The notes under the pieces were generated by a model. The model was not told the DNA's origin. It did no database searches and saw nothing but the letters and a program-made list of their open reading frames with translations. A stretch of 64,000 nucleotides of DNA from the human T2T-CHM13v2.0 reference genome, Homo sapiens. The stretch is taken from NCBI RefSeq assembly GCF_009914755.1, contig NC_060926.1; one strand, written 5' to 3'. The position numbers and the translations under genes were made by a program. Below, one piece after another: positions 18,608-39,212 of the stretch (positions are counted from its first letter, which is position 1; each line of letters starts with the position of its first letter).

Positions 18608-19258
18608 GTTTTGTTTTTTTGGGTTTTTTTTTGTTTGTTTGTTTGTTTTTTTAGTATTTATTGATCATTCTTGGGTGTTTCTCAGAGAGGGGGATGTGGC
18701 AGGGTCATAGGATAATAGTGGAGAGAAGGTCAACAGATAAACACATGAACAAAGGTCTCTGGTTTTCCTAGGCAGAGGTCCCTGCGGCCTTCCACAGTGT
18801 TTGTGTCCCTGGGTACTTGAGATTAGGGAGTGGTGATGACTCTTAACGAGCATGCTGCCTTCAAGCATCTGTTTAACAAAGCACATCTTGCACCGCCCTT
18901 AATCCATTTAATCCTGAGTTGACACAGCACATGTTTCAGAGAGCACGGGGTTGAGGGTAAGGTTATAGATTAACAGCATCCCAAGGCAGAAGAATTTTTC
19001 TTAGTACAGAACAAAATGGAGTCTCCTATGTCTACTTCTTTCTACACAGACACAGTAACAATCTGATCTCTCTTTCTTTTCCCCACATTTCCCCCTTTTC
19101 TTTTCGACAAAACCGCCATCGTCATCATGGCCCGTTCTCGATGGTCGCTGTCTCTTCGGAGCTGTTGGGTACACCTGCAGAAAGGCTGTCACTTCACACT
19201 TGGAAGATTGCACAGCAGCCAGGCAGAGGCGCTCCTCACTTCCCAGACGGGGCAGCCG
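18608..19258 (-). mobile_element. 5'-truncated SVA (SVA_A-like): end of VNTR + SINE-R + poly(A)
   Basis: HERV-K env/LTR-derived SINE-R, a VNTR unit (ctgggaagtgaggagcgcctctgcc), AATAAA at 18657-18662 and a T-rich tail. TSD acatccggctaatttt (18592-18607) / acgcccggctaatttt (19259-19274). Confidence 0.92.
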
Positions 19259-21079
19259 ACGCCCGGCTAATTTTTGTATTTTTAGTAGAGACAGGGTTTC
19301 AGCATGTTGGCCAGGCTGGTCTCAAACTCCTGACCTCAGGCTATCTGCCCGCCTTGGCCTCCCAAAATGCTGGGATTACAGACGTGAGCCACTGCACCCA
19401 GCCTGATACTTATTTTTATATCTATCTATAAATGTTGAAAAGCATGCACTGACATCAGTACCTGTAATTCCAATTTGACACCACAGCATTCATCCCTACG
19501 ACACCTCCCTGAGAGGAAGAAACTCGTCTTCTGTTATTTTCGCCATATTTCCTCTTTGGGCCAACCTCCTCAGTGTGTAATTCACCTTCCGTTGCTACCA
19601 TCACTGCCCCTACCAGACCCCTCCTAACCTAATCTGAATCCTCACTCTGAGCTGTTGCCCACTCACTGCATAGACACACTTCTCATAGCACCCAGGCTCC
19701 CAGGTAGAAGGAAACACGCTCCATCACTGTACATGGGAATGACAGCATTTCTAGAGGACAAGTTTAGCAACAGCTACCAATATATAGAAGTCTATCCTTT
19801 TGGCTCTGAAACTTTACCTGTAGAAATTTACAGAAAAAAATAGTAGCTCAGGCCAGGCACAATGGCTTACACCAGTAATCCCAGCACTTTGGGAGGCTGA
19901 GGCGGGCGGATCACTTGAGGTCAGGAGTTCGAGACAAGCCTGGCCAACGTGGTAAAACCCCAACTCTACTTCAAAAAGTACAAAAATTAGCTGAGCCTGG
20001 TGGTGCGTGCCTGTAGTCCCAGCTGCTGAGGAGGCTGAGACAGGAGGATCACTTGAACCAGATCATGCCACTGCACTCCAGCCTGGGTGACACAGCAAGA
20101 CTCCCAACTCAAAAATAAATAAATAGTAGCTCAAATATAGAGAGATAAGTGGTACTAGTTATAACCTTGTTGTGATAGGGAAAAATTGGAGACCACATGA
20201 ATTTTCCTTGTCTTAGCCCCCTAGAGACTTGTCTTTGTCTTAGCTTCTGAAAGCAGAGTGTCCCGCATGCCTGCTAGAACCGTCTCCCTGAAAGATCAGA
20301 TAGTTTGTGGATAACTGACTTCCTCCAGAGATGTTAACTTTGCAGCCCTTTCTGGCTGTGTTTGTACAAGGGTCCAGAGGGCTCCTGGGTATCAGAGAAG
20401 GTCCTGGGGCAGAAAGCAAAGATGCAAGGCGCCAAGCTGAGTTGGGACTCTTTTTCTGTAGATGCAGCTGGAATCAAAGTCCCACCAAGGGGAGGAGACA
20501 GGGACCCCAAAGGCACCTGCTATCTTTATCAATAGAGAACAGACAATAATGGGACACCAGTGCTGTGGAATGGTGTGCAGGCGTTTGAAGGAGGGAGGTC
20601 AGGCCACACAGGCTGTCCTGGAAAGGCATCCAGGCAAGGTATGTTGCCAAGAGAAACCTGTAAAGAATGTAATGACATGGAGGGTTGGATTTCAGATATG
20701 TAAATTACAGGGTGGGCTTTTTCTTTTTTTTTTTTTTTCATTTTGTTTTGTTTTGTTTTGAGACAGAGTCTCGCTCTGTTGCGCAGGCTGGAGTGCAGTG
20801 ATGTGATCTCAGCTCACTGCAACCCTCTCGGGTTCAAGTGATTCTCCTGCCTCAGCCTCCTGAGTAGCCTGGATTCTAGGCATGTACCACCATGCCCAGA
20901 TAGTTTTTGTATTTTTAGTAGTGATGGGGTTTTGCCATGTTGGCCAGGCTGCCTTTTTTTTTTTTTTTTTGAGACAAAGTCTAACTCTGTCACCTAGGCT
21001 GGAGTGCAATGGAATGATCACGGCTCGTTGGAGCCTTGACCGCCCAGGCTCAAGCCATCCTCCTGCCTCAGCCTCCTAA

Positions 21080-21355
<276 letters not shown>

Positions 21356-21381
21356 TAGTGAGGATGGTCTCGATCTCCTGA

Positions 21382-21763
<382 letters not shown>

Positions 21764-22166
21764 AATTCAAGAAGTCCTGGAGGGAGGCTGAGGCAGGAGA
21801 ATGGCGTGAACCCGGGAGGCAGAGCTTGTAGTGAGCCAAGATCATGCCACTGCATTCCAGCCTGGGCGACAGAGCGAGACTCCGACTCAAAAAAAGAAGT
21901 CCTGGGGCATCTGCAGAAATAACTGTGGACCAACTACAGGAGGAGCAGATAAGAATTAGTTTCGACCACAAGATTGGGAACAGATCAAGGGCACGGCATA
22001 TTCATGCACAGGAGGGGATGGATATTGGCATCAGAGCAAGTATTGAGCTGTGGTGGCCTCTCAGTGAGGATGGAGGACACAGGAGACCCACTGTGGGACT
22101 CGATGTGATCACTGGCTTCCCTTAGACATTTGCAGACATGGCTTGAACGTGCTGACAGCTCCTCTC

Positions 22167-22183
22167 TCCGCCTGGGGGCGCTA
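22167..22183 (+). promoter_or_regulatory. CTCF-like motif in upstream sequence
   Basis: TCCGCCTGGGGGCGCTA, with one core mismatch to CCRCCAGGGGGCGCTA; CpGs are retained. Confidence 0.45.
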
Positions 22184-22329
22184 GTTAGCACAGTGGAGTG
22201 TCTTCTGTATGTGCTGATTTAGGCCAGAGTGCCAGGGAGTTAACACCCAGGAACACGCTCCTTCTAGGGGTGGCACTAGTAGAGAAATGCGCCATGAGCA
22301 GCCAGCATCCACGATGGCCCCAGCGATCC

Positions 22330-23679
22330 CCGCGTCCTGGTGTGCACACCCTGGTGTAGTTGCCTCCCACATTGAACAGGGCTGAACTGTTCTACGGGAT
22401 ATTGAGGAAATGACAGCATATGCCATCCAAGGCTAGATCATAAAAGCATTGTGAAAACTAAATTGAGCAAAGGACTTGAATAGACATTCCTCTGAAGAGG
22501 TTATACAAACGGCCAGTAAACACGTGAGAGGGTGCTCATTATCACTCATCATTAGGGAAATGCAAATCAAAACCACAATGAAAAACAAAATACCACCTCG
22601 CATTCATTAGGTTGACTATTATTTTTTAAAAACCAGAAAACAACAAGAGTTGCTGAGGATGTGGAGCAATTGGAACCCTTATGCACTTGTGCGCTGTCAT
22701 CGGGAATGCAAAATGGCATCACTAGAATGGAAAACAGCACAGCAGTTCCTCCAAAAATTAAAAATAGAATTATCATATGATCCAGCAATTCCACTTCTGG
22801 GCATATACCCAAAACATTTGAAAGCAGGAATTTGAAGAGATATTTATACACCCATGTTCATAGCAGCATCATTAGCAAAAGCCAAAAGGTGGAAACAACC
22901 CATTCATCTGTCCATTGGCAGATGAATGGATAAACAAAATGTAGTATATACATAAAATGGAATATTATTCTGCCTTAAAAAGGAAGGAGATTATGACATA
23001 TGCTGCAAAGCAAATGAAGCCTGAGGATATTATGGTAAGTGAAATAAGTCACAAAAGGACAAATACAGTAAGAGATACCTAGAGTAATCAGATTCATAGA
23101 GACAGAAAGTAGAATGGTAGTGGCCTGGGCCTGGGGGAGAGAAATGGGGGGTTGTTATTTAATGGGTATGGAGCTTCCATTGTGCAAGATAAAAATAATT
23201 CTGTGGATGGATAGTGGTGATGGTAACACAACAATGTGAATGTACTAAATGCCACTGACTGTACACTTGAAAATGTTCAGTTGATAAAATTTATGTGTAT
23301 TTTATGACAATTTAAAAATATTTAAAAACAAAAGCATTGCAGCTTCTACCTTACAATCTTTTGGATCACTGCTTTGGGGGAACCAAGCTGCCATGTTGTG
23401 AGGATGCTCAAGCAGCCTCGTGGACAGGTTCACACAGCAGGCAACCAAGGCCTCCTACCAACAGCCAGCACTAATTTGCCAAGCAAGTGAGCCACCCAGC
23501 AATGCTGGAAGAGTATCCTACAGCCCTAGTCAAGTCTTCAAGATGATTGCAGCCTCTTAAGAGACCCTGAGCCAGAACCATCAGCTTACCACAGAAATGG
23601 TGTGAGATAGTAAATGTTAATTGTTTTAAGCTGCTATATTTTGGGCTTATTTGTTATAGAGCAATGGATAACTAACACC

Positions 23680-23680
<1 letters not shown>
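22330..23680 (+). mobile_element. MaLR LTR (MLT1F-like) split by an L1M 3'-end insertion (~22452-23329)
   Basis: L1 ORF2-end/3'UTR motifs (aaatgcaaatcaaaaccacaatg, gatccagcaattccacttctgg); AAAAGCATTG is duplicated on both sides of the L1. Confidence 0.75.
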
Positions 23681-24806
<1,126 letters not shown>

Positions 24807-24905
24807 TTACAGTGAGCTGAGATCACGCCACTGCACTCCAGCCTGGGCAAGAGAGCCAGACCCTGTCTCAAAAAATAAATAATAAATAAAAATAAAAATA
24901 GGTAA

Positions 24906-25406
<501 letters not shown>

Positions 25407-26337
25407 TAGCCAGGATGGTCTCGATCTCCTGACCTCGTGATCCGCCCGTCGAGGCCTCCCAAAGTGCTGGGATTACAGGCGTAAGCCACCGCTCCCGGCC
25501 ACTGCAATTTTTTTTTTTTTTTTTTTTTTTTGTATTTTTAGTAGAGATGAGGTTTCACTGTGTTAGCCAGGGTGGTCTGGATCTCCTGACCTCGTGATCC
25601 GCCCACCTCGGCCTCCCAAAGTGCGGGGATTACAGGCGTGAGCCACCGGGCCCAGCCAGAATGCACACTTCATTTTCTTTCTTCTCTTCGTTATCTCTCT
25701 TCCTCCACCCCCTCACCATGCTTTCTGGGCTTACGTATCAAATAAACGATTTCATCAAGTTCATGCTTCCAGGTCTTCCTTTTGAAGAAACCCAAGCCAC
25801 AGCAATCCCCCTTGTTGGGCTGGAAATCAAGAAACCCCTTGGGGTAGAGCTGACCCTGAGCCCTGTCTGTAGGGAAACTGGCCAGGAGTGCTGTCCCCCT
25901 GGCTGACTGCCCAAGGCGTGGAGCAAAGTCAAGAACAGCCACAGAGCTGTCCTCAGCCATCAGGCATCCACCTGATGTGATTTGCACACAGGCTGACACA
26001 CATTTTCAGGCCTGGGAACAGTAGCAGGGACCGTTAAACAGTCAGGCCCTGTCACTGCCCCTTACCCCAGAGGCAAGCTGTGTGGGACGTGTTCACTTCC
26101 CCTGAAGCTTATTTTGCCTCTTCCTGTGGCTGGGCTGTATCTGACCACACAAACCACCAAGACTGAGACAAATGAGTTTACGGAAGGGTGTGGGGCAGAG
26201 TTCAGCAGAGTCTGTGGGAAGGGTCAGACTCCTTGACTGTGATCTTCAACTCTCCGATTAAGAGAAGGCAAAGATTGCACAGCCAAGACTTGAAATTAGG
26301 GAACCAGGAACACCCTTCTGGCCCCTCACAGAAGAGG

Positions 26338-26728
26338 TGTATTCATTTGCCAGGGCTGCCACAACAAAATATCACAGGCTGGGTGGATAAACAACAGACA
26401 TTTATCTTCTCCTAGTTCTAGAGACTGAAGTCCAAGATCAAGATATCGGTAGATTTGGTTTCTCCGGAGGCCTCTCTCCTTGGCTTGCAGGCGACCATCT
26501 TCTCTCTCCCGGGTCTTCTTAGGGTCTTTCTGTGCACACACATATCTGTGTCCTAATCTCTTCTCATAAGGACGTGAGCCATATTGCACTAAGGCCCACC
26601 CCTGTAAACTTATTTTACCGTAATTACCTCTTTTCAGGCCCTATCTCCCAATACAGTCATATTCCAAGGTACTGAAGGTTAACACTTCAACACAGGAATT
26701 TGGGGGTGATGTAGCTCAGCCCATAACA
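26338..26728 (-). mobile_element. MaLR LTR (MLT1A-like)
   Basis: tgtattcatttgccagggctgccacaacaaaatatcacaggctgggtgg ... gctcagcccataaca. Confidence 0.8.
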
Positions 26729-27129
26729 AGGGGAAAGGAGGCACAGGGACCAGTGCAATGAGGCGTCCTCTGCCCAGCGAGGCCCCTGTCATTTTGGCTG
26801 TGAACTCACTGACCGCCACCCTAAGCACAGGCCAAGAGTCAAAAGGCAGAGAGGAGAGCTATGGGCTCAACACGGCCTCCGCCACTGGCCTCCAGGCAGA
26901 GATTGGGAAATGAATGCCCGGAATTTTATTCTTTCACAAATTCAGCCCTGTTCAGCCTCCGTCAAACGCCCTCATCTTCAACCCAAAGACAGTTGGTCAA
27001 TGTTAATGTTCCCAACACTCACATACAGGGTTGCTCAGAGCAACAACACCAGAGAGCCTCAGGCTGGCTCAAAGATTGCAGGAGTTGATCATATAATAAG
27101 GATTTTGATTTTATGTTTTATATATTTTA

Positions 27130-28900
<1,771 letters not shown>

Positions 28901-29209
28901 AGGGATACATCTACCCTTCATGGAAGGCAGGCATGCGAGGTGCTGGGTGTCCGTGTGCCAAGAGCATGGAGTCCACCATTCGGAGGGTGTGGGTGTCTCC
29001 AGGGGAGACGGCCCTCGAGGTCATGGAGGAGCAGGTGGGGCATTTGCTGAAAGTTGCCCTGCTGCTCCATGCTTGGAAAACGCATTCTGCTGTTGGTTTG
29101 ACCAAAATGGCCAGAGAACCAAAAATAATCCCCACAAAGCTATCCCAAGTCCACACTGTAAATGGAAAATTACAGAAACCACTTGAAGGACTTGCAAAGT
29201 CCAGCTCTC

Positions 29210-29872
29210 CCATAAATCAGACCAGATCACGCCACTGTCTGCTGAAAATCCTCCTGAGGACCCTCAGAATAAACCCAGTGCCCAACACAGCCTGTGGCCC
29301 AGCCCTGCCCACCTCTACTCCCCTTCTCCTTTCTTGTGCCCCTGCCAGGTCACTCTCTGACACCTCAGGGCGTTTGCATGTGCTGTTTGCCCTGCTGAGA
29401 TTCCCTTTCCCTGGCTCTTTGCCCAGCACCTTCTCATCCATTAGGGCTCTGACCACGTGTCCTGACATCTTGCCCCCAAACCTTCTATAACATCTTCTGT
29501 GTATGTCCTTTTGGAACAATGAACACAAGAGAATGAGATGAGCCTGTTCTCCTACAACAGTAGGAGAGATGAGCATCCATCTCCTACTTCCTTTCTGGAA
29601 TACAGATGTGATGGCTGGAGGTCCAGCAGTTATCATGGACCCTAAAGTGCTCTGGAGGCTAGATATCACACCCTAAGAATGGCAGAACTGAAAAGCAGAG
29701 GAATGACAATGTGAAACTAACTATCTTTTTCTGTTTGCTTATTTTCCTATTTATTGTCTGTCTTCCCCCTCTGGTCTGTAAGTTCCAGGAGAACAGGCCC
29801 AACTTACTCTCTTGTGTCTCCCTAGTACCAGGCCCACAGGAGGTAGCACCTGATGTACCCTGAATGAATGAA
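29210..29872 (-). mobile_element. L2 3' fragment interrupted by a duplicated segment
   Basis: ttgcatgtgctgtttgcc, ctgtaagttccaggagaacagg, and a terminal tgaatgaatgaat repeat. Confidence 0.6.
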
Positions 29873-30694
29873 TGGCTCCTCAGCTCCTAAGTTCACTCAC
29901 GTTTGGGTCAGAGTCCCTCCCCATTTTCCCACGGTGCCCTAGGCTGGCCCCATTTTGTCCCTTAGTGGTTGATGGCATTGGCACGCAGCTGTCCGAGAGT
30001 TTTAAGCTCCTGACTGGTGGGAGGCAGACTCAGACACATACAGGTTGGAGCCCGAGGAGAAAACCTCGCCACTGAACAAGGTGGAACTGAAGTAAGCCAG
30101 TTTGGACTGCCTGAGCTGAAGGCAGACAGGAAGGCAGGGCCCAGGGGCCAACTCCGAGAGTCACGGAAGGGATGTGGTCTCATCCTCATGTAGAAAATTT
30201 AAGAGATTGTTTCTGGGGTGGGAGGGTGGGGAATGGGGTGAAAAGGGGATGGATTTTACCATCATATCAGCTACACTGCTAGATTTTTTTAACCATGTAC
30301 ACGTATTGCCTTAAAATTAAACAATCACCGTGGCTTCTCAGTGGAACCTGGACTGCGAGAGATGAGAGGAGATTTGGGCTGGGACCTGTGGCAGAGGCTG
30401 CAGGCTGCCCACCCAATGTCATTTCCTCTCTCCCTATTTCCTGACTGACAGATCCTAGACTGTTTGTTTTTCCAAGTGACCATTTACACTGCATGTCTCA
30501 GCTAAATGACTACATTTCCCAACTACAGGAGGCCATTCAGAGGTTGTAGAGTGGGACTTATGAGGAAACGGTTTAAGAGAGACATACACAGTTGCTTGGA
30601 GGATTGCTTGAACCTAGGAGTTCTGGGCTGTAGTAAGCTAGATCATGCTTGTGAATAGCCGCTGCACTCCAGCCTGGGCAACAGAAGGAGACTA

Positions 30695-31091
<397 letters not shown>

Positions 31092-31152
31092 TCACCTGAG
31101 GCCAGGAGTTCGAGACCAGCCTGACCAACATGGAGAAATCCTGTCTCTACTA

Positions 31153-31341
<189 letters not shown>

Positions 31342-31918
31342 CTAGCCGGGCACAGTGGCTCACATCTGTAATCCCAGCACTTTGGAAGGGTGCGGCAGGC
31401 AAATCACTTGAGCTCAGGCCAGCCTGGGCAACATGATGAGACCCCGTTGCTACAAAAAAATAAAAAATAAAGAGAGGGTTGGGGACAGACAGCTGATGAA
31501 AGCTATTTTTATACCTTCTCCTTAGCCTCCATCTCCTAATTCCTTTCTAGAATACAGATGTGATGGCTGGAGGTCCAGCAGCTATCATGGACCCTGAAGT
31601 GATCTGGAGGCTAGACATCACACCCTAAGAATGGCAGAGCTGAAAGGCAGAGGAAACATGAGTCTCTGGTGATACTATGAAGCTTCTAGTCCAGCCCTGA
31701 ACACAATAAAAGTTTTTCTTTCTCAGGGTCTCTACAGGGAGACAAGAGGGGTATTCTTCTTATCTATGTCACCGATGGGCTGATGCTGATGGAGTAACCA
31801 CCATGTTGAACATCACTCTATTAGAGCCCTGGAGGGTACTGGTAACTAAATATTTAGCCTGGATGTCAAATCACTTCTACTCATTGGCCAGAACTAGCCC
31901 CATGGCTCCGTCTAATCA

Positions 31919-32291
<373 letters not shown>

Positions 32292-32326
32292 CTAAAAAAA
32301 AAAAAAGAAAGAAAAGAAAGAAATCA

Positions 32327-32610
<284 letters not shown>

Positions 32611-34217
32611 TCAAAAAAAAAAAAAAAAAAAAAGAAAAAAGAAATCAAGTTGAGTTCAATATTTATTCCTCTTCATACAGAAGGAACCGATATTTAAACA
32701 TATTAAAATCTCCATATTTTTCTCAAATAATATAATGAACTTAGAATATTTTAATGCCAATCTCCTCTCATCTTTGTGGTATTATCTTCTTTTTTTATTT
32801 TAAAAAACTTTTTTAAAGACAGGGTTTTGCTCTCTGTCACCCAGGCTAGAGTGCAGTGGCATGATCATAGCTCACTGCAGCCTCAAGCTCCTGGGTTCCC
32901 ACCTCAGCCTCCGAGTGGCTAGGACTACAGGCAAGTACTACCATGCCTGGCTAATTAAAAAAAAAAAAAAAAATTGTAGAGACAGGTTCTCACTATGTTG
33001 CCTAGGCTGATCTCAAACTCCTGGCCTCAAGCAATCTTCCTGCCTCAGACTCCCAAAGCCCTGGGATTACAGGTGTGAGCTACTATGCCCAGCCCTGAAG
33101 TATTATTTTCTAGAAAACAAGTTAATATATGTAAAGTGCTTAAAACAATGCCTGGCATGTAGCAAGCACTATATGGGTCTTCTATTATAAGTGGTTGCAT
33201 TAAAGTGAAATTGGTCTTTTTCTTTTCTTGTTTTAATTATGTAACACTTATTTACATTATTTAGCACAGGTTTGGCCATTTCTAGCTCCTCAAGTATGAA
33301 CTCTCTCATTCTGTTATTCTCTTCCTCTGGAACTCTTGTTTAATGGCTGCTGCATCATTTCATTCTCTCCTCCCAACTCCATTTCTTTACCTCATTGTGA
33401 TGCATTCTGGAAAATTTCTTCAGCTTTGTTTTCTAATTCACTAATTCTTTCTTTGGCTGTGTCTAAAATACCATTTCACTCATCCAATGATGTTTTTTCC
33501 TGTTCTGTAGTTGTATTTTTATAGCTATAACTTTTGTTTAATTATTTTTCAAATCTGCCTATCCTGTTTTCATTTTATTCAGTCCTTACATTATGGTTTA
33601 TAGCTCTTTTTTTTTTCCTGTGAACACTTTAAACACTTTGCATTAGAGTACATTTTAGATTTTTCTATTAATTATATTCCTTGGGAGGCTATTCTTCCTA
33701 TTTCCTTCTGACTGTTGCTTTTCTAATTTTTGACCCCTTGTGAGCTCAACTCAGTGGGGGATGCTTTCCATGGGAGTCTCTCATTCCTAAATTGTAGAAA
33801 CAATCCTACAGAGAGGCTTTGCATTTGCCTCTCTCAAGCTGCCGAGATGTGCCAGTTATGCTAATTTCTTGGTCCCCTTTGTAATTTCAAAACCCCTGCC
33901 CAAAGCATTGAAGGCCAACATCTGGCTCCAAAACTCCATGAGCCATTTCAACTTCTCCTCCCACTAACTCTCTCATTTTATGTTCCCTTTGTATTCCCAG
34001 CACCCAGAGATTTTCTGCTCTTATTTAAAGCTGGTTGAGGGTTCAAAGCATTATTGAACTATATTTTCTTCAGTGTCTCCATGTGTAGTCATTTCTTATA
34101 TACTTTCTTATTTTCTCATTTGTTTATAGCACACAGTTTAGCAAATAACTGTACACTATCTTGTCCATTACTTAAGTGTGTATATTTTCTCTCCCTGACA
34201 ATATGTAGATGCTCCTC

Positions 34218-34903
<686 letters not shown>

Positions 34904-36248
34904 TTTCCTTCCTTCGTCTGTGTACTCAGCCAGCACATACTCAGCCCTCATACTGAGCCAACACACCCATGCCCAGCACCAACTGCACACAGGGCTCACT
35001 GGAGACACACTGACATCTCGATTCCTTTTCCCACCCACTGCCCGCGTGGGGCTGTGGGCCAGGCTGGTCCCTGTCCACTATTTGTAAGCCTTCCCAGCCC
35101 TTTCTCCCGCTCCTCTGCCTCCATCCCCTAAATAAAGCAGTCTTCATGCTGAGGCCTGGCCCTCTGCCCTCCCTCTGCAGGCTCCCTTCTCACTCCGCAG
35201 GGTGGTCCTTACCAAGGCTGCCCCTGCCCTCCCTCCAGGCCCAGCATCCAGGCTCAGCTCTACCCCTGGCCCTGCTTCTTCCCACCACTGTCCTTTCCAT
35301 GGTCCTCTGGACACGCCCACAGGCGAGGCCGCAGCTTTCACTTTCCCCATGAAGAGGACAGCTTCTTCACGTCTCCAGTTTGGACCTCCTGGACTCTCTG
35401 GCTCGGCTTTGACGTCTTCCTCTCCTCACCATCCACAGACAGTAAGTCCTGTTGATTCAGCCTCCCAGCTGTCTCCGCCTCTGCCCTCCCACGCCACCCC
35501 AGGCCACCCACTCTGCAGGGCCTCTTCCTCCCTGAAGGTCCTTCTGGCTTTTGTTTTCTTAAAGCTGAAGGTCTCAGGAGAACTTGGAGGGTTTACTGAG
35601 CAAGTAGAAGGAAAGAAGGGCAGAGTGTCTGACTGGAAGCAGGGGACAAGGTCCTCTGGTCCTCTCCCCCCAGTTAGAGGACAGGAGGGAAAGATGGGCA
35701 GGGGGGAGGTAAGGAGCAGCGAGAGTAGGAGGGCAGGGGGCCTGTTTCCTGGGTCCTGCTCCTGGACATGAGGCGAGACGAAGAGAGGGATGCTGTTGCC
35801 CTGAGACATCCAGGAAGAGGACCCAGGGCCACGTCAAAGAAGTCCTGAGGCCCAAGGGCAGCCCCAAGCTGTGGGGAGCAGCTGACCTTCAAGAATCTGG
35901 CAGAAAGACAAAGAGAGGCTGGGCACAGTGGCTCATGCCTCCAATCCCAACACTCTGGGAGGATGAGGTAGGCCGCTCACTTGAGGTCAGGAGTTCAAGA
36001 CTAGCCTGGGCAACACAGCAAAACCTACAGAAAGTACAAAAATTAGCTGAGCATGGTGTTGTGCACCTGTAGTCCCAGCTACTTGGGAGGGTAAGGTGGG
36101 AGAATTGCTTGAGTCTGGGAGGTCAAGGCTTCTGTGAGCAGAGATCTGCCACTGTACTCCAGCCTGCCAGCCTGGGTAACAGAGTGAGATACTGTCTCAA
36201 AATAAATAAATAAATAAATAAAAGGCTGGGTGTCGTGGCTCACGCCTA

Positions 36249-36568
<320 letters not shown>

Positions 36569-36571
36569 TCA

Positions 36572-36676
<105 letters not shown>

Positions 36677-36977
36677 TCAAAAACAAAAAACAAAAAACAA
36701 AAAACAAAAAAAAAAACAGCCAAAGAGAATCTTGCAGCCATGGTGTGGGTTACTGACTGGGGACCTGCTGCCCACCCACCCTGGCCTCAGCACGGGAATG
36801 ACCTGGAAGGAGAGAGCCCTCAAGGGCTGAGATTAAACCCACCAGAGTGGAAATTGGGGGCCAAAAGTAAGCCCTCTAAAGCTCAGCAATGAACTTAATT
36901 TGGAAATTTCTAACATTCATAGGCTTGGTATTTATTCCACTTGTTTCCTAGATGGAAAATATAAATACCCAGCTTAG

Positions 36978-37398
<421 letters not shown>

Positions 37399-38843
37399 TA
37401 AATGAATGCCCATGAGAGAACCAAATGAAATGGGTACAGTTACCAAATGAAGTGACTCGATCTGAAACAGCTGATATCTAGACCGGATGAATTCGACCAT
37501 CAGCCCAGGCTCTGGTGTCCTGGTTTTGCTCCTCCTCGGCAAGCCCCTGAAGGGCCCGGCTCCAAACCCAGTTGCTGGGTGGATTCCCCAGGCCCTGGGC
37601 CTGTGTCTTAACGGGTCTTAGACCACCCAGCAGGCCAGGTCCTTCATGGTCTCCCGGGAACACAGACCCAAGAGGGCCCAGCCAACTTCAAAGTCCAGAG
37701 CAAGTGTCCCAGGGCAGAGGGGCCACCAGGCTTCAGGCAGGGAGGAGAGTGGGCACCTCTCCTGCTGTTTCCAAGACACTCCATTGAGGCACACACAGTC
37801 TGTTCAGAAAAACCCCTCAGGAGGACAGTCCCGAGGGTTTCCCACCTGACCGTGGGTGCTCCTTCCTCTCCTGGCCTGGGACCCCTTTCCTAACTCTCTC
37901 ACCCTAGGCTTTCCCCGTTCTAGTCCAGAAGCGCCCATGACTTGAGACCTTCCCCTCGGAATCACATTCCACCTCCGCCCGACGCCGGATTCTCCAATAC
38001 ACAGACCCCAACTGCGGACCAGGAACCCCCACTCACTGTGAGGGAGGGGCTCTGGCCCTCACACAAGCACCCTGAGGCCATGCTGCAGACAGGCGCTGGG
38101 GCAGTTGGAGTAGTCCCTGAAGCTGGGAGGGGCAGGGCAGCATCTCCAGTGGCTCTCATCTGCGTCCAGCAGGCAGATGGGGCTGTCACTGAAGTCAGGG
38201 AAAGGGGGAAACGGAAGGGGCTCAGGGTGCCTTCCTGGGCAGGAAGGAAAGCCGGCTGTCAAGGAGAGCCCAGTGGTCAATCGTTGGTGTCTCCCAGAGT
38301 CTCCTCACTGCTGATTGCAACTCAGACAGCTGGGCCCAGCCCGAGTTCCCAAGTCAGCCAGGCAGCGGCAGGCCCAAGAACACGCATGCCTAGGAAGTCT
38401 CCAGCGACACTCTACTGCTAGGTTAGGACCATGCCTTGAGAACTGCTGAGGCTCAAGTTTTGCTCTCTGCATCTGGAGTCAGCGTCCTGGGTTCCTGTCC
38501 CAAGTCTGCCCCCTGATGGTAAGAAGTTGCTTCTTCAGCCAAATTTCATAATTTACCTCCTGGGGTAGGTGTAAAGATTAAGTGATATACTTGGGAAAAT
38601 TAGCACAATTCCTGGCACACAGTAAGACTGAAAAAAATTCCTTATCAACTGGTTGAGGTGTGGTAATTTGGGTGGAGGAAGCTGCTGGGTTTTTTGTTTG
38701 TTTTTGTTTTTTTAATAAGCCCTATAGAATTATTTGGCTTTAAAAAACATTACCTGAGCCGGGCACGGTGGCTCACGCCTGTAATCCCAACACTCTGGGA
38801 GGCTGAGGCGGGAGGATCACCTGAGGTCGGGAGTTTGAGACTA

Positions 38844-39212
<369 letters not shown>

